A stretch of 64,000 nt of DNA from Lama guanicoe. Lineage: Eukaryota. Positions 12,155-25,975 of the stretch are shown here, piece by piece; the first letter of the stretch is position 1; each line of letters begins with the position of its first letter. Location of the stretch: contig MU054323.1 of assembly GCA_013239625.1 (NCBI GenBank), positions 5,445,220 through 5,509,219 of the forward strand, given 5' to 3'. The notes beneath the pieces were generated by a model. It searched no databases and was not told the DNA's origin. It worked only from the letters and a program-made list of their open reading frames with translations. The position numbers were made by a program, and so were the translations under genes.

Positions 12155-12390
12155 TCCAGTTACCTATCACCGCACGGCAAACCCCTTCAAATTAAAATGG
12201 CACAAGACAATCACCGTTTTATTATGCTCACAGATGTTGTGGGTCAGAAATTCAGAGGGGGTGCAGTTGCCTCTGCACCACAACATCAGGATCTCAGGAA
12301 GATTCAAATAACTGAGAAGTTTTCAAATAACTGTGGGCTAGAATCATGTGGAGAATTCTTCATTCACTTGTTTGGTACCAGGGCCAAGAA
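12155..12390 (-). mobile_element. MLT1 LTR fragment
   Basis: ttttattatgctcacagatgttgtgggtcagaaattcaga. Confidence 0.6.
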
Positions 12391-12394
12391 AAAC

Positions 12395-12810
12395 AGTAAC
12401 CTTATAATGGAAAAGTCTGGTGGGTAACACCTTTACCCAGTGATCAAAATTACAAAGGGGCATCACTTGACCCCTAATATGAGGCATTGAGAAGACACAG
12501 CGTCACTTCTGTGGCATCCTGCCCAAAATATACAGCCTGAATCTAATCATGTCTGAGAAGCATTCTACAAGTACCTGGGGAATGTTTTTCCAAAAAGTAC
12601 AAAAGCACAAAAGACAGTTTCTTTTACTCTCAAGTAACTCACAAAAAAAGACTATATTAGTAGACAGACACACACATAAAAGAGGAGAATTGAGAAAGTA
12701 AATGGACACAACAGTTGGTAACTCTGAAAAGGGCGTTTGCAGAAGCTCCTGTGCTCCTCTTGCAACTTTTCTGTAAGTTTTATATAATTTTTAAAATTGT
12801 ATCAAAATCA
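12395..12810 (+). mobile_element. Old L1 (L1MC-like) 3' UTR fragment
   Basis: cacagcgtcacttctgtggcatcctgcccaaaatatacagcctgaatctaatcat...ctcttgcaacttttctgtaagttt. Confidence 0.7.
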
Positions 12811-13049
12811 AGTTGTACAATCAGAAACAATAACAAAACATTTATTTGTGCATTTCTTTATGGTTATCTCCTAGCTCCTGCAGTGAATTCCATTCTGTAA
12901 CTTTCCAAGGAGTCGTAGTTTAAACAAACCAGAATATCCTGACCTCTGCTCTCATGTTGCTCTGTCTAGTCTTCAAGAAGTAGATCTAGGCTTTGTGGGG
13001 AGAAGTCAACCAGAATATTTCAGGACACAACTGGCCCTACATATAGATC

Positions 13050-13500
13050 TTTCAGTTAGGTTACAGAAAAGTTGGTATAACAAAGAGCCCCCAAACCCAG
13101 AGGCTTAGATAAAAGAGAACTTCATTTCTCTCTCATCAAACAGTCCAGGAAGTTTGGACAGCTCTGCTGTCCTCAATTTGAAGTTTCTGTCTTCGGGTCC
13201 AAGGGAGCAGCTTCATTCGCCATTTCCTAGCCAGAGGGGAGGGGGAAAGAAGAGAGAAAGACATGCAGCTTCATTATAAAGCCCAGTCTGGACATGTGCC
13301 TACATCACTTCTGATATGACTTTCTTGGTCACAGTTTAATCACGTGCCACAGCTAGAGGATGGGGAGGCTGAGTAATCAGCCTCTATCTCGCTAGATGTG
13401 GCCACATTCCTAGCTTAAACTCCAGGTGGAGGGAGCATTCTATTACTAAGAAGAGAGTGAGAAGAAATAATGGTCGGTAATTTGATCCTCTGCCCAGGGA
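13050..13500 (-). mobile_element. MLT1 (J/K-like) solo LTR
   Basis: ccagaggcttagataaaagagaacttcatttctctctcat...acatcacttctg...ggtcacagtttaatcacgtgccacag. Confidence 0.6.
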
Positions 13501-14959
13501 ACAGAGATCGGGGGATTTCTACAGGACGAGCAGAGCATCTCAGACATGCTTCCAACAGGGGTATGACTTTCTGGAGGAGGTGGGAAATTCATGGAAGAAA
13601 TTGGGCTCCCAAAAGAGACATTGTCCTATCTGGTGTCCATTTGAGAAAAGTATTTACGTAGCTGTAAGATTTCCAGACCCAACATGCTTTCTTCTGGACA
13701 CGAAGACCAAAATTCCCCCAGCCATGGAGAGTCAGAATTGCCATGTCAAGTGATTTTCATTCTGTTGACAGAATAAAATGTCTTTACACAAACAAAGCTG
13801 CCCTCATCTGTGCCCACATTCACCTCCATGTGCAGAGGCACACAGGCATGGTGCATGAAGTCACCCCAGGACACTCCGGTGACTCTCCCTTGACTGGGAG
13901 GGTGAGGTATGTTTACACTGTCGACTCTCACTTACATTATATGGTTACTAAACAGTTCCCATAAAATAACAGGCCAGTTACTCAACATTGCTTTTTAAGG
14001 GACTATGTCTTGAATCATCATATTTATGAGTGGCTAACTTGCTTTATGTACGTCTGAAAATATGACTTATCCCAGAACAGGCAAGTCTCATCACATCTGC
14101 ATTCTAGCTGATTAAAGCTTTATTTCATGTTTGAGGGTTTTCCCTCAAAACAGCATTTCAGAATGTCACTTTCTCTTCCGTCCTTTCCTCTCACATCTCT
14201 GTAGGATGCGGACATGTACACGCAGAGTCCGATGGGCTCTGCTTTTCCCATCCAGCTTCACTGTACCCCTAGGGAGGCGGAGAGGAAGTTAACAAGGGTG
14301 TGGGAGGATACTGCCTAACTTATTAGAATAGCTAGTTTGCCATTGTAACCCAAGTCCTGAAAATGAGAGAACCACCCAAGAACATTAAGAGTTTAGCATC
14401 ATCATAAAGCCTGGGACACTTGCGCACGAGGCAACTGCAGATCCAGAAGCCCCCAAAGTGCCACAAAGAGTTTTTGAAGATCGCCCTGGTTTCCCATGAA
14501 CCACCCTCCTGACCTTGCCTGTGGCCCAGATCTGGAGGAACTGACCCCTCCTCTTGGCTGGTGACTCATCCAAATGCAGGGCTAGAATCTCCTTGGCTCC
14601 CCATTGCAGCCGCTTCAGCCAGCCCTTCTGCACTCACCCAGTCACAGCCCCAAACCAAGGACCTTTGGAAAGGCTGCCCACCTCGGCTCATCTGTACCAG
14701 GAGCAGGGGCTTCCCTAGACCTAACTGGCAGCTGCACTGTGCTAATACACTCACACCCACCCTGCTTTTCCATGCCCCATCCCCAGCCAAGGATGCTCAG
14801 TGAAGGCAATGCCCACATCTAGGTGGTCTCGCAGCCTGGCTGACGTAAAGAGGTGGCCTAGCCTAACGGTCCCAAGTGTGGTGCTGGAGTGTGATTGCCA
14901 AGGCTTGCGTCCCGTCTCTGCCATGTGCAAACTCTGACGTGGGCAAGGGACATCTCTTA

Positions 14960-15100
14960 GTGCCACACTTTCCTCCTTAATCTGATTGATAACACTACAT
15001 ACTTCACGGGATAGTGTGAAGTTAAGTTAGTTAATATGTAAATCACTTAGAAACATGTCTGACATGATGAAGGCTCAATAAACAGTAGCGATCACCTTCA
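14960..15100 (+). mobile_element. MIR fragment
   Basis: tttcctccttaatctg...atatgtaaatcacttagaaacatgtctgaca...gctcaataaacagtagc. Confidence 0.6.
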
Positions 15101-16699
15101 TTACTATTGTTACTATTATTTCATAGCATCTGACAATGAGAAAATCATCAGTGACCTTGTCCAAAGTAATATCAATAAACCAACAGGAATGTATAAGCCA
15201 ATGTGATGGGGACAAAGGAGTGAATGGGGTGGTGAGAAACATGGGATTTGGTGAAGAGGAGGGGAATAGATATGGGGTAAGAACTAAAGAAGGTCACAGG
15301 GTCGAAAAGGAAACAATTCATTCTTTCACCATAAAATACCTTGGCAGAAAAACTGTTCTGGAGCTTTGGTAATTCTGATGCATTGGTACAAATTAAAGTC
15401 AATCTATTAACAGCAAAGAAAATATTAATCACAGCTTACTTAAGCAAAGGACTTCAAAGTTTACCAAATAGTCCAGGTACATATCACTTTTTCTCAAGGC
15501 TGAGGATACAGGAGAAACCCCTTGACCCCATTTTACACAAGAAAAATCAAGTCTCAGGTGAGATGCCTTGCCCCAAGCTACCCATCCATCCTGGACAAAC
15601 TTCCCTCCCATCTGTAAATTGATAACATTTCAGAAATGCTGATATATGTCACCCTGATTCTCATGAACCTCAGAGAACCCCTGTTAGTGAGACCAAGTAT
15701 ATTTTCTTCATTTGGAATTAGAGACTGGCCACAATTTGCTGAGAACCTGCTCCTCACTCAGGACAGGTCTCACAGCGGAATCTCTTGCGTTATTCCTTTT
15801 GGTCAACCAAGAGCCACCTGAGCAAGCGTGCGTGCTGCCACTCTGCCTCCCATCCAGAACCCTGAGCATCTTCCTCTTCTGTTTCTCTCCTGCCTTTCCC
15901 TTGGGCCCCGACACAGACACCTGATCTGGGAGTGCAAGTCCCCCGTAAACACAGACCACATGGGCACTCACTCAGGGCTTAATCACCGCCATGGGTGAGT
16001 CATTTGTCTGCATGCGTATCTTACCTCTGTGCTGGATTTTAAGTTGGGCAAAGTTCCACCTCTTCACAGCCCTCTACCTCCCATCACAACAGGCCTCAGA
16101 CCTGTTGCGGAATGTTTTGCTCCCTCCTCTGGTTCTTCCAGTGGTTTATACAAAGCCCCAGCGACTTAACAGTGCCTGTTCTTTATGGCCTTGCTTCTCT
16201 TTGCAACTCCCTGGGGTCTCACTGTCTAAATGCAAGAGGTTCTGTGCTGATAGACAACACTGACCAAGATAAACTTGGCAGTGACTGGTGTCTGCCAGGT
16301 CACTCTGGGGACCATTCTAGCTGAGCACGGCAGGGGATGCCAGCTGCCCCGAGAGGCCCTCCCATCTCCAAATAGGGTCTGACTCTCGCTTGCCCAGGAC
16401 CTTGGCTTATCAAGCATGGCCCATTGCAGGGCACTTCATGCTTCCTGCTCCTTCTCCATCCATGACAGAACTGCTGTTTCAAAGCTCTCCTTGGATATTT
16501 AAAGCATTTCAAACATTTCGTTGTAAAGAGGTTTGGCCCTTTATTTTACATTCCTCTAGTCACAAGCAGCAGCTTTAACACCACTTTTAGGTACAGTGGG
16601 GAGTAGTTAGGGTTGGAAAAACTTGGAGCCGACCTTAAATAAATTCTGTAAATGTAGTTTCCTTTATTAGGAAAAGGGAAGACATCACAGACGTAAGAA

Positions 16700-17207
16700 T
16701 GTAGCTGCCTAGCTGTTACAACAAATTATGACTAACTTAGTGGCTTAAAAACACACACACCTATTCTCTTGCCGCTCTGGAGGTCAGAAGTCTGAGGCAC
16801 ATCTCACGAGGCTAAAATCAAGGGGTAGGCAGAGCTGCATTCCATCACCGGGAGAATTACTTCTCTTGCCTTTCTAGCTTCGCGAGGGTTCTCACAGTCC
16901 CTGACTTGTGGCCCCTGCCATCCTCAGCACCAGCGATGGCAGGCGGGGTCCTTCTGATATTGAATTGTTCAGACCTTCTCCCCGGTCACACCTCCCTTCC
17001 ACTCACTCTCTTCCACTTTTAAGGACCCTTCTGCTTGCACTGGGCCCACCAGAATAATCTCCCTATTTGCTGGTAAGGTGATGAGCAGCATGGATTCCAC
17101 CTACAACCTTTCTTTCCCTTTGCCATGTAACCTAATATACCCACAGGCTCTAAGGATTAGGATATGGACATCTTAGGGGAGGGGGAGGCAGTATTCTGCC
17201 TCCCACA
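16700..17207 (-). mobile_element. MLT1D-like solo LTR
   Basis: aacttagtggcttaaaaacaca...ctctggaggtcagaagtctga...taaggattaggatatggacatcttagggg...tattctgcctcccaca. Confidence 0.85.
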
Positions 17208-17689
17208 GTAGATAGAATTGGGGCTATGCTCAGCTCACGATTTAGTGATCCTGGCATTGAACTCTGAAATTCGGAAGACAATGTCAGAGTCGTCTGAATC
17301 ATCCCCACATCCTCTCAGCCTCCTACATCCAAAATGGGTCTGCCGAGGTGCTAGCCACGTACAGGCTAACCCAACCTCAGGTCCCAGGGATACAAGCTAG
17401 AGCAGTGTCCTCTGCGATGCAGGAAGGGCCCTGATGACTAATCTTTGTAGAATTCACAGAAGTGCAAGCTCTCTGAACTGCTCTCCCTTCACCAGCTACT
17501 TAATGAATCCTCTCCGTGTCTTTGGTAAATCATATTGACTGACGGCACAGCATGCTGAAGGCTCTCTGCTAAGTTGGCTAATTTCTCATATATATTAACA
17601 CTGTCACTTCCACCCATTGAGTGGGATGCTCAGCTATGTCGGCTGTGATTGTACCCCAACCATTTATGCCAGCGCATATGCTCTTGTAA

Positions 17690-17890
17690 TGATGTAGTTT
17701 AATTAAATGTCACATGAACCAATGGAAGACGAACACAAAAAGAGAATTGTTTTCTGTACACCAAGTAGAATGCCTTGGAAAGACTTGATAAAGATGAGTC
17801 ATTTCAGAAAAGGAAGGAGCAGACCATTAGATGGTAAACAATGTGGAATATAGGAAATACAATCATAAGAATCTCAAAGGATTTTGCAGA
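17690..17890 (+). mobile_element. Tigger (TcMar) DNA transposon relic, transposase N-terminal region
   Basis: aaaaagagaattgttttctg...agaatgccttggaaagacttgataaagatgagtc...aagaatctcaaaggattttgc resembles Tigger13-type sequence. Confidence 0.55.
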
Positions 17891-20829
17891 AAAGCAGAAG
17901 TGGAGTCAATTGTGGGAAATTAGCTGCAGTGAAGAAATGAGCAGAATGTGAGCACAGAGGAAACAAGGTGGGGGAATCCTTGATGATTTGAACGAGCAGT
18001 GTAAGTGACCCCAGCCTGGCTGTACTGGCTGGAGGATGGGTTAGGTCTGACTGATGCAAGCATCATGTGTCATCCACCCGAGGATGGATTTGAGCATGGT
18101 TCAAAAAGTGCTGTACACATACGGGGATGCTTTCTAAAAGGGGGAGCAGGACAGCTCCTTCTCTGTTCCAGCAGCTGCCCTTCCCTCATGTCCTCCCTGC
18201 CTTCCTACCCAGACCTAGCAGGGGTATTGGAATTGCATTCTGTCTGAAAAGTCTGTCACCCTGTGTGTGATCCCAGGCTGACACACCAGGCCATTGAAAT
18301 AATGCTTCTCTGAAAACCCACTTCCAGAAAATCCCAGCTCTTTGCTTGGTAACGTTATGCTTCTGAAGACGATACTTAATTTGGGCAATATGGAAGAGCA
18401 TCTGGTGACAGATCTGACCTCAACCTCCTTCTTGCTCACTAGCATGTCCAAAGAAGAGGGTAAATACTTTCTTTAGTCACAGCCTTCAAGGGACTTGTGC
18501 CTATACACGCAAAGAAGTCAGACGTGGGTCCTAAATGAATTCAAGACAGTGGAGGAAGACAAACCACGAGCCCTGGATACACATTTTCCCTACTCTCTTT
18601 TTTTTTCCTGTAGGTTTTCAGAATGCAGAGTCTGATGTCTGTGAGATTAGGTTCTGTGGCTGCTCTAGAAGGAAGAATTGGGTCATAAAATGAGCTAGAA
18701 TCCTGGTACTTCTGTGCAGATGCCACACAAAACACATGGAATCCATGTCCCCAACCCTTTACCAGCCCTAGCCCTAAAGGAGAAAGGCAAATGTAGGTAG
18801 ATGGGTCAAGACATAGATATTTTATGTAATTTCAAAACCAGAAAATAAGCCAATAGACTTTAAACTAAAACAAAGTAATTGACAGTTTAAAGGAAAAGGA
18901 AGCTGTGTAAGTGACAGAAATGTCTCATATACTAAGCAAATCAACAAATGGTATTTTAAGCTGGTGAATCATACTGGAATTACTATCAGAAGAATTAAAA
19001 ACAGACCAGTTAAAAGAAGGTGTGTGACAGGGATAGAACGTTTTCTTTTCATTGGATATTCTCTTGTATTGTTTGAAATTGTACATAAATAGTAAAAGGA
19101 CTAGGAAAATGTACATTAAACTTTGAGAAATGTGTTTATGTAGAGAAGGGGAGAGGAAAGTGGTGGGGAAAAGAATCCATTTACTTTTCGCTCTGCCTAA
19201 CCTCTGTATTATTCCCAGTGAACGTGTGTCCTCCTTGAGATTTGAAAATTGATAGTGGGTGGTTATACTTTTATCAAGCACAATTTTATAAAAGTATTTA
19301 AAATATTGCTGCTGTGGAAGACAAACGGCTTGGAAAATGTTCACAATATGTGGCCAACCTGTTAAGAAGAACCTTGCATCCTGTTCCCACCTGGGCAAAA
19401 TGAACTGACCATATTCAAACAAATTGTTTCTGGGCTTAAAATATGTTTAAATTACCTGTTTGGTCAGTTATACAAAGTTTAACAACTTGCTAGAAATAAT
19501 CAAGTTAAAACAACAAAAGTATAAAACTTACAGCAAAATACTCAAGTGTTCTATCCCCTAGAAATAACATTTTGGTGTAGAGTCTTTCAGATTTTTTCTG
19601 CATGAATTTAGAAATGTTTACTCTATGCATATATACATATACACACAGACACATGTATGATTTATTTAAAGAAAATGCGATAATTCCTACTGTTCTACAA
19701 ACATAATGAAACAGTTCAAAAATATGTGTATCATTCTTGCACAAGGGCCTTGTTAATTTTTCCTGAATTCTTCTGAGCTTATAATGTGAACTGCTATAGC
19801 AAGGAAAGTGTTTAAAATATTATCAAAATTATAAAGACTTTTGAATTTAAAATGAGTTCAAAGACAATTAGCTTAAAAAGCCCAAAAGGCTTTATTGAGC
19901 TAACAGTACATTTAAAAAAATGAAATTAATTTTAAAGCATTGATTTTTTTTCCTAAAAATGTGAGACATTTAAATTGTTTTTTAATTCAGTGTCTCAACT
20001 CAAGAAATTGAAATTAAGTCAATTTAACTTTTCTACAGTGTTTGCAAATAGGTCTTAGTATTCATATGGCCTAAACACCACAACAGGCCACCTTCTGGTT
20101 GTTTGCTCTTCCCCAGAAAGCTGGATTCAGCAATCAGGAGGCTCGCCCTGAACAGCATTGCTTGGGGAATGGGTGATGGTGGGAGAACACCAGTTAGGTC
20201 TTGAGATTCAAAGCATCGTTGAATGTGAAGTTTCTATGCATGCACCTTTTAAATGGATGGCATTGAAGTTTTAGACTAACCCTTGTTCTAGGGAAATCTA
20301 ATCTTGGAAAAGCTTCATTCACTGGCTCTAAATATTGCTGTCCCCTGGAAGGCTGCCACCTTGGCCTCAGTATCTGCTATCTTTTTCCTATGTGGTTCAC
20401 TTTCGAACCAAATTACATGTCTGTGATCCCTGCAAGGAAGGCAGATGGGAAGACGGCCTTCACTAAGAACTGGAGTAAGAAGGCACTTCTGAGTCCAGTG
20501 GCCCCTCTGGGACACTGACACATCATGGTCTTGCACAAGAAAAGGAAGGGCCACACCCCTAAATAAGGCCACAGAGTGGGGAACCCAGGCTTCTGATTGG
20601 AGAATATTATTCATGGAAGCATTTATTAAACCTCCCTTATGTGTAAAGCAATGCAAAGGAAAGCATATCCATCAGGGAATCAAATTTTTGTGTTCTAACC
20701 CTAGGGCCCTCTAGGAAATAATCAGATGAGCTTGGGTAAATGATCTAACCCCGTGACTCATTTCCCTAAATGTAAAACGGGGGCAGTAAATAATACCTCT
20801 GTAATGTTGTTTTTAAACACTATCTTGAC

Positions 20830-21190
20830 CCAGTTTTGAAGACCTACCTATAGCCCAGTCAGTTCCCCCTGTAAATCCACCCTCATCATCCCAGGGCTAT
20901 GTTACAGACAACTCTTGACAGCCCTTATGGGCCAGAGCCTGCTGAAAATATTCAAACTAGCCAATCTTAAATCTGCTGCCTCTGCCTTGCTCTTTCCTTC
21001 CTGCAGAAACCCCAGTGAAGGTGCTTGCCCACAGTGCCCCTTCTGGTGCTTTATTACCAACCCTGATGCTTCCCCAAGTGGCCCTGCATGGCAGGCTGTG
21101 TTCTTTTCAGGGAACTGTGGCTATAACAAAACTGCATCTTTCTGTTTGCTCTCTCTTGATCTGTGTTTGGCTTAACTACATTTCACCCAA
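20830..21190 (+). mobile_element. MER74-like ERVL LTR, apparently inside a MIR
   Basis: cagagcctgctgaaaatattcaaactagccaatcttaaa...gcttccccaagtggccctgcatggc...gggaactgtggctataacaaac; MIR-like sequence at about 20690-20810 and 21195-21290. Confidence 0.7.
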
Positions 21191-21399
21191 GGTAATATGG
21201 TAAAAATAACCTGTCCTGCATAACCCACACATTGGTTTGCAGATATATTAAGATAATGGATATGAAAGCCCTTTGAACAGTTGGAGGGATTACAGACATA
21301 TGATGTGGTCAGAAGCACCCTATTCAGTACTGAAGAGAAGGAAAATCTCAAGTAACAGATGCACATTGTGGTCACATCATTAGTGGCCTCACTACTGAG

Positions 21400-21740
21400 T
21401 TCCCTCCTTACTGGTCACACTGAAGACTAGTTTTCCTAGATCCCTTGCACCTGGACAGAGCCAAGTGATTATTTCTGGCCAAAGGCTGTGAGTGGAAATG
21501 ACGTTTTAGTTACAAGCTGAGGTAAGGGAAAACCTGCAAGACATTCTACCTCTATCTTCATTTAGCGATGAATATGGAAACCATGCATGGAGACTGCAGA
21601 AACACAAGATCTGACAGCCTAGATCACTGATCCAATACATGCTTGGGAGTGCCTGAGGGTTAATATGACCTGTAGCAAATTTTACTTGAGTGAGAAATAA
21701 ACTTGGACTATATTCCACTAGAATTTGAGGTATTTTATAG
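21400..21740 (+). mobile_element. Old MLT1/LTR16-type solo LTR
   Basis: ttttcctagatcccttgcacc...ccaagtgattatttctggccaaaggctgtgagtggaaatgac. Confidence 0.55.
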
Positions 21741-21799
21741 ATATTTTTTAAATAGTAAGAGAATACTACAATCTGGCTATATATTCTACAACTAAAAAT

Positions 21800-24700
21800 A
21801 AAATGGGAATTTTATTTTCAGAAAAACACAAATTATCAAATCACCATAAGAAGAAATGGAAAATCTGAATAGCAATAGGCCTATTAAAACAATTTGACTT
21901 TTCATTTAAAAACTTCTAATAAAAAAGTAGAGATGTCTTTACTGGTGAAGTCTCTCAAACATTTAAGAAATAAATAATACAGTTTCTATACCAAGACCTT
22001 TACTAAACAGAAGATGTAAGAACATTTTGCAACTTATTTTATTATGCTGATACCAAACTAGACAAAGGTAGCATAAGAAAACTGAAGACCTTTATGAATA
22101 TAGAAGCAAAATTGCTTAATAAAATATTAGCACATCAAATAGAGCAATAGATAAAAAATACATCATGTCAAGGTGGGGCTTATTCCAGCATTGGAAGATT
22201 GGTGTAACATTCCAAAATCAATCGATATAATTTACTATATTAAGTAATAGGGAGAAAAACCATATAATTCTATGAATAGATGTAGCAAAATAATTTAACA
22301 ATTTTTAACATCTATTCATCTTTTAACTTGGTAGAGTATTTATGAAAAACCTTTAGCTAACATTTAATGGTAAAAACTAAATTATTTTCCATGAGGGACA
22401 AAAACAAGGCAAGGATGTTTGCTCTCATTAGTATTATTCAGCATTGCACTAGAGTTCTAAACTCAATAAGGGTAGAAAAAGAAAAAAAAAGCATACAGGT
22501 AAGGAAAGAAAGAATAAAAGTGTTTTTATTCGTAGGTATCATAATCATACACAGAGAAAATTCTAAAAAAAACTAGAGAAAAACTTTTAGAACTGTTAAG
22601 TTGAATAGAGTTTCAGGAAACAAGGTACAAAAATTAACTATACTAAAACAACTGAAAATTGAATTTTAAAAATATTTAGACTACATCAAAAATTAAATAC
22701 TTAGGAATAAATCTAATAAAATATGTGCAATTTTTGCTCATTTAAAACTGTAAAATTTTGCTGAGAAAAAATATAGACTAAAATAAACAGATAGAAATTA
22801 CATGTTCATGAATTGAAAGACTCAGGTTGTTTATTCTTCCCTAAATTGATAGATAGATTTTACTCAATCCCAAATAAATTCTCAGCAGGATTTTTTTTTA
22901 AGAAAGTGATTTGATTTCAAAATGTATTTGGAAATGCAAAAAATGTAGAATACCTAAAACGGTTTTGAAAAAAGGGGGAAAAAATGGAAGAATTATATAA
23001 CTTGGTTTCAAGATCTACTATAAAGTCAAAGTAAGATATAAGGCTAAACAAATAGATCAATGGGAAAGTATTCAGGATCTGAAAACAGACCTATGCACAT
23101 ATGGTCAATTGATTTCTGGGAGCCAAGGTATTTCAATGGGAAAAAGATAGTCTTTTCAACAAAAGTGCTGGAAAACTGAATATTTATATGGAAAAATAAA
23201 GCCATCTATTACTTCATACTATATATAAAAATTAACTTGAAATGATTATAAGCTTAATGAAAACTTAAAACTTTAAAACTTTAGAATAAAGCATGGAAAA
23301 AATCTTGTTGCCCTTCAGATAGGCAAAGATTTCTTCTTAGAAGAGAAAAAAATACAGGCTTTAAAAGGAACACATTGATAAATTGAACTTCATCAAAATT
23401 TTAAAAATTTATTCTTCTAAAAATACTAATAAAATAATGATAGTCTAAAATAACATATTTGCAATACCTGTATCTGAAAAAAAGATTTGTGTCCAGAATA
23501 TATACCATACTCTTACAACTCAACAATATGAAGTCCACAATCCAAATGGACAGAACATCTAAATGCAAACATCAAAAAAAAGAAATTATATAAACATCTG
23601 AAAATATACCTCAAGTCATTAATTATCAGGAAATGCAAATAAAAACTACTATACACACCAATATAGCCAAAATTTTAAAAGACTGGCAATACCAAAAGTT
23701 GGTCAAGACAGCGAACAACTGAAACTCTGTTAGGAGTGTATGAGAATTGTTGGTAGGAATATACCACTTTGGCAAACAGTTGATTGGTTTCCTATACTTT
23801 TTTCATATTAACCAAGAATGTTCCTCTGAGCTATTTGCCTCAGAGAAATGAAAGCATATACTCACAAAAAGATATATTCAAATTTTTCATAATAGCTTTC
23901 TTCATAATAGCTCAAAACCAAAATCCACTTCAATATCCATCAACAGGTATATAGATAAGTTTTATTATACCTATACAATAAATACCACCCTCCTATAAAA
24001 AGAACAAACTACTGACACATACATTAAAAAGAGTGTGTCTCAATGAATGGATAAAGAAAATGTGATATACATATAATGGAATATTACTCAGCCATTAAAA
24101 AGAATGAAATGCTAATATTTACAGCAGTGTGGATGGACACAGAGAATATCATGCTTAGTGAAATAAGTCAAACAGAGAAAGACAAATACTATATGCTATC
24201 ACTTATATGTGAAATCTAAAAAATAATACAAATGAATGTATATACAAAACAGAAGCAGACTCAAAGCAGACTCAAACCACAAACTTGTGGTTACCAAAGG
24301 GGAGATGGGAGGAGAGAGGGACAAATTAAGGTAATGGGATTAAAAGATAAAAACTACACTGTATAAAATAGATAATCAACAAGAATATATTGTATATCTC
24401 AGGGAACTATAGCCATTATTTTTCAAGACTTTCTAATGGAATATAATCTGCAAAAATACTGAATCACCATGCTGTACACCTGAAACTAATACAATATTGT
24501 AAATCAACTATACTTCAATTTTAAAAGGGGTATATCTCAAAAACATTATTCAGAGAAGGCAAAAGCACTAGCAGTATGTACTGTATGATTCCATTTATAT
24601 GAACTTCTATAATACGCAATTCTACTCTATAGTCATATAAAGAAGATCAATTGTCACTTAAACAAAATATGTGGTCATAGCAATGGACTAAAAACAGGTA

Positions 24701-24850
24701 GGAAGGAACTTTCTGGAGTGATGGAAATTTCTATCTTTACTGTATATGTGGTTATATGAGTGTATATATTTATCCAAACTCACTGAATTGTACACTTATA
24801 ATGAGTTCATTTAAATATATGCCAATTACATCTCAATAAAGTTTATTTAA
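21800..24850 (+). mobile_element. Degenerate L1M element (ORF2 RT/C-terminal remnants plus 3' UTR)
   Basis: A-rich; gaaatggaaaatctgaatag, gataccaaactagacaaag, catgttcatgaattgaaagactca, aaatagatcaatggga; ORF 22367-22576 resembles L1 ORF2; ends catctcaataaagtt. Confidence 0.9.
24044..24521 (+). mobile_element. Younger 5'-truncated L1 3' end nested in the old L1
   Basis: tgaatggataaagaaaatgtg...gctgtacacctgaaactaatacaatattgtaaatcaactatacttcaat; flanked by a degenerate direct repeat 24025-24043 / 24522-24540 (15/19 identical). Confidence 0.85.
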
Positions 24851-24948
24851 TTTTCAGAAAGATAATCAGTGAAAGGTACAGGAAGCTTGGCAAGATGAAA
24901 ACAAACAGAACCTGAAATGTATTTTAAATCCCTATTTCATGGTAGAAA

Positions 24949-25473
24949 TGAGGTGGGAAACCCCATAAAAAGACCAGCAAGACCCTCAGGCAGGGTCACT
25001 ACTTTCCTGCCAGCACCATCTGGTTCCCTGGCCCAGCAGCATTATCTCACTTTTTGCCTCTGAAAGGGCTTGCTTCTAGGAAAGCGGAACTTACCCCTAA
25101 GAGTATATTGGTTCCCTGAGCTAACTCCTGATTGGTCCATTTATAGCACCTCATTTGCATGGAGCTCCCTCCTGATTGGTCTATTTCTCTCACTCCTGAT
25201 TGTCCCATTCCTACAAAGCTCATTCCTGATTAGTCAATTTTGTAACACCTTATTTGCATATGATGTTGCAAAGTCTAGACCGGCAGCCTATAAAAGCCTG
25301 TGTAAACCTACAGACAGGGTCCAGAGCTTGGAGTGTTAACTCCTTTGGGCTCTTGTCAGCATAATAAACCTGAGTTCTCCAACCTTCCAAGTGCTGCTTG
25401 GTCTCTAGCCTGGATCCAGGTTGCTGTCACAACTGATCTGTAACACTGAACTGTAACACACTTTGCTGCAACA
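24949..25473 (+). mobile_element. ERV1-type solo LTR (525 bp), 4-bp TSD GAAA
   Basis: TG...CA termini, GAAA at 24945-24948 and 25474-25477, TATAAAA 25289-25295, AATAAA 25363-25368. Confidence 0.85.
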
Positions 25474-25769
25474 GAAATATAGAAAAAAGGACTCTAATCA
25501 TCTTCAGACACCTGAATCCATCTCTGAGTACTGTGTGTATAGAAGAAAGTTAGCAGGCATGACCTAGCCGTCCCTTTAAAAGAATCATCTGAAACAGGAG
25601 TATCAAAGACATCTATGAAACAAAAGCTTGAGCACCTTCTTTTACCTAATCAACACAGACTTTCTAGAAGCAATGAAGAACTTGAAGAAAGATGCGTCTT
25701 CTTTCACAGGCACCACCCAACCCCTTCAGTAAAAAAATAAACAGAAGAAATCAAAAGAAGAGAATACAG

Positions 25770-25975
25770 AGAAGCCTGGTACTTGAATTCCAGCGTCTCT
25801 ACTCCCCAGCCCTGTGATTTTGGCGAGGTACTTAACCTTTTCAGATTTGCTCTTCTCATCTGTTAAACGAGGACAGAAAATACAACTCATGAATTCTTTG
25901 CAAACATTAATGGAATACTGTATGGAAAATGCTTAGCAAAACTTGCAATATAATATACTTGCATTAAATAATGGT
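25770..25975 (+). mobile_element. MIR SINE
   Basis: ctgtgattttggcgaggtacttaacc...cttctcatctgttaaacgagg. Confidence 0.7.

Noticed and set aside
18925..19422. 165-aa minus-strand ORF
   Set aside because: AT-rich, overlaps degenerate L1-like sequence, non-ATG start, no domain or exon structure
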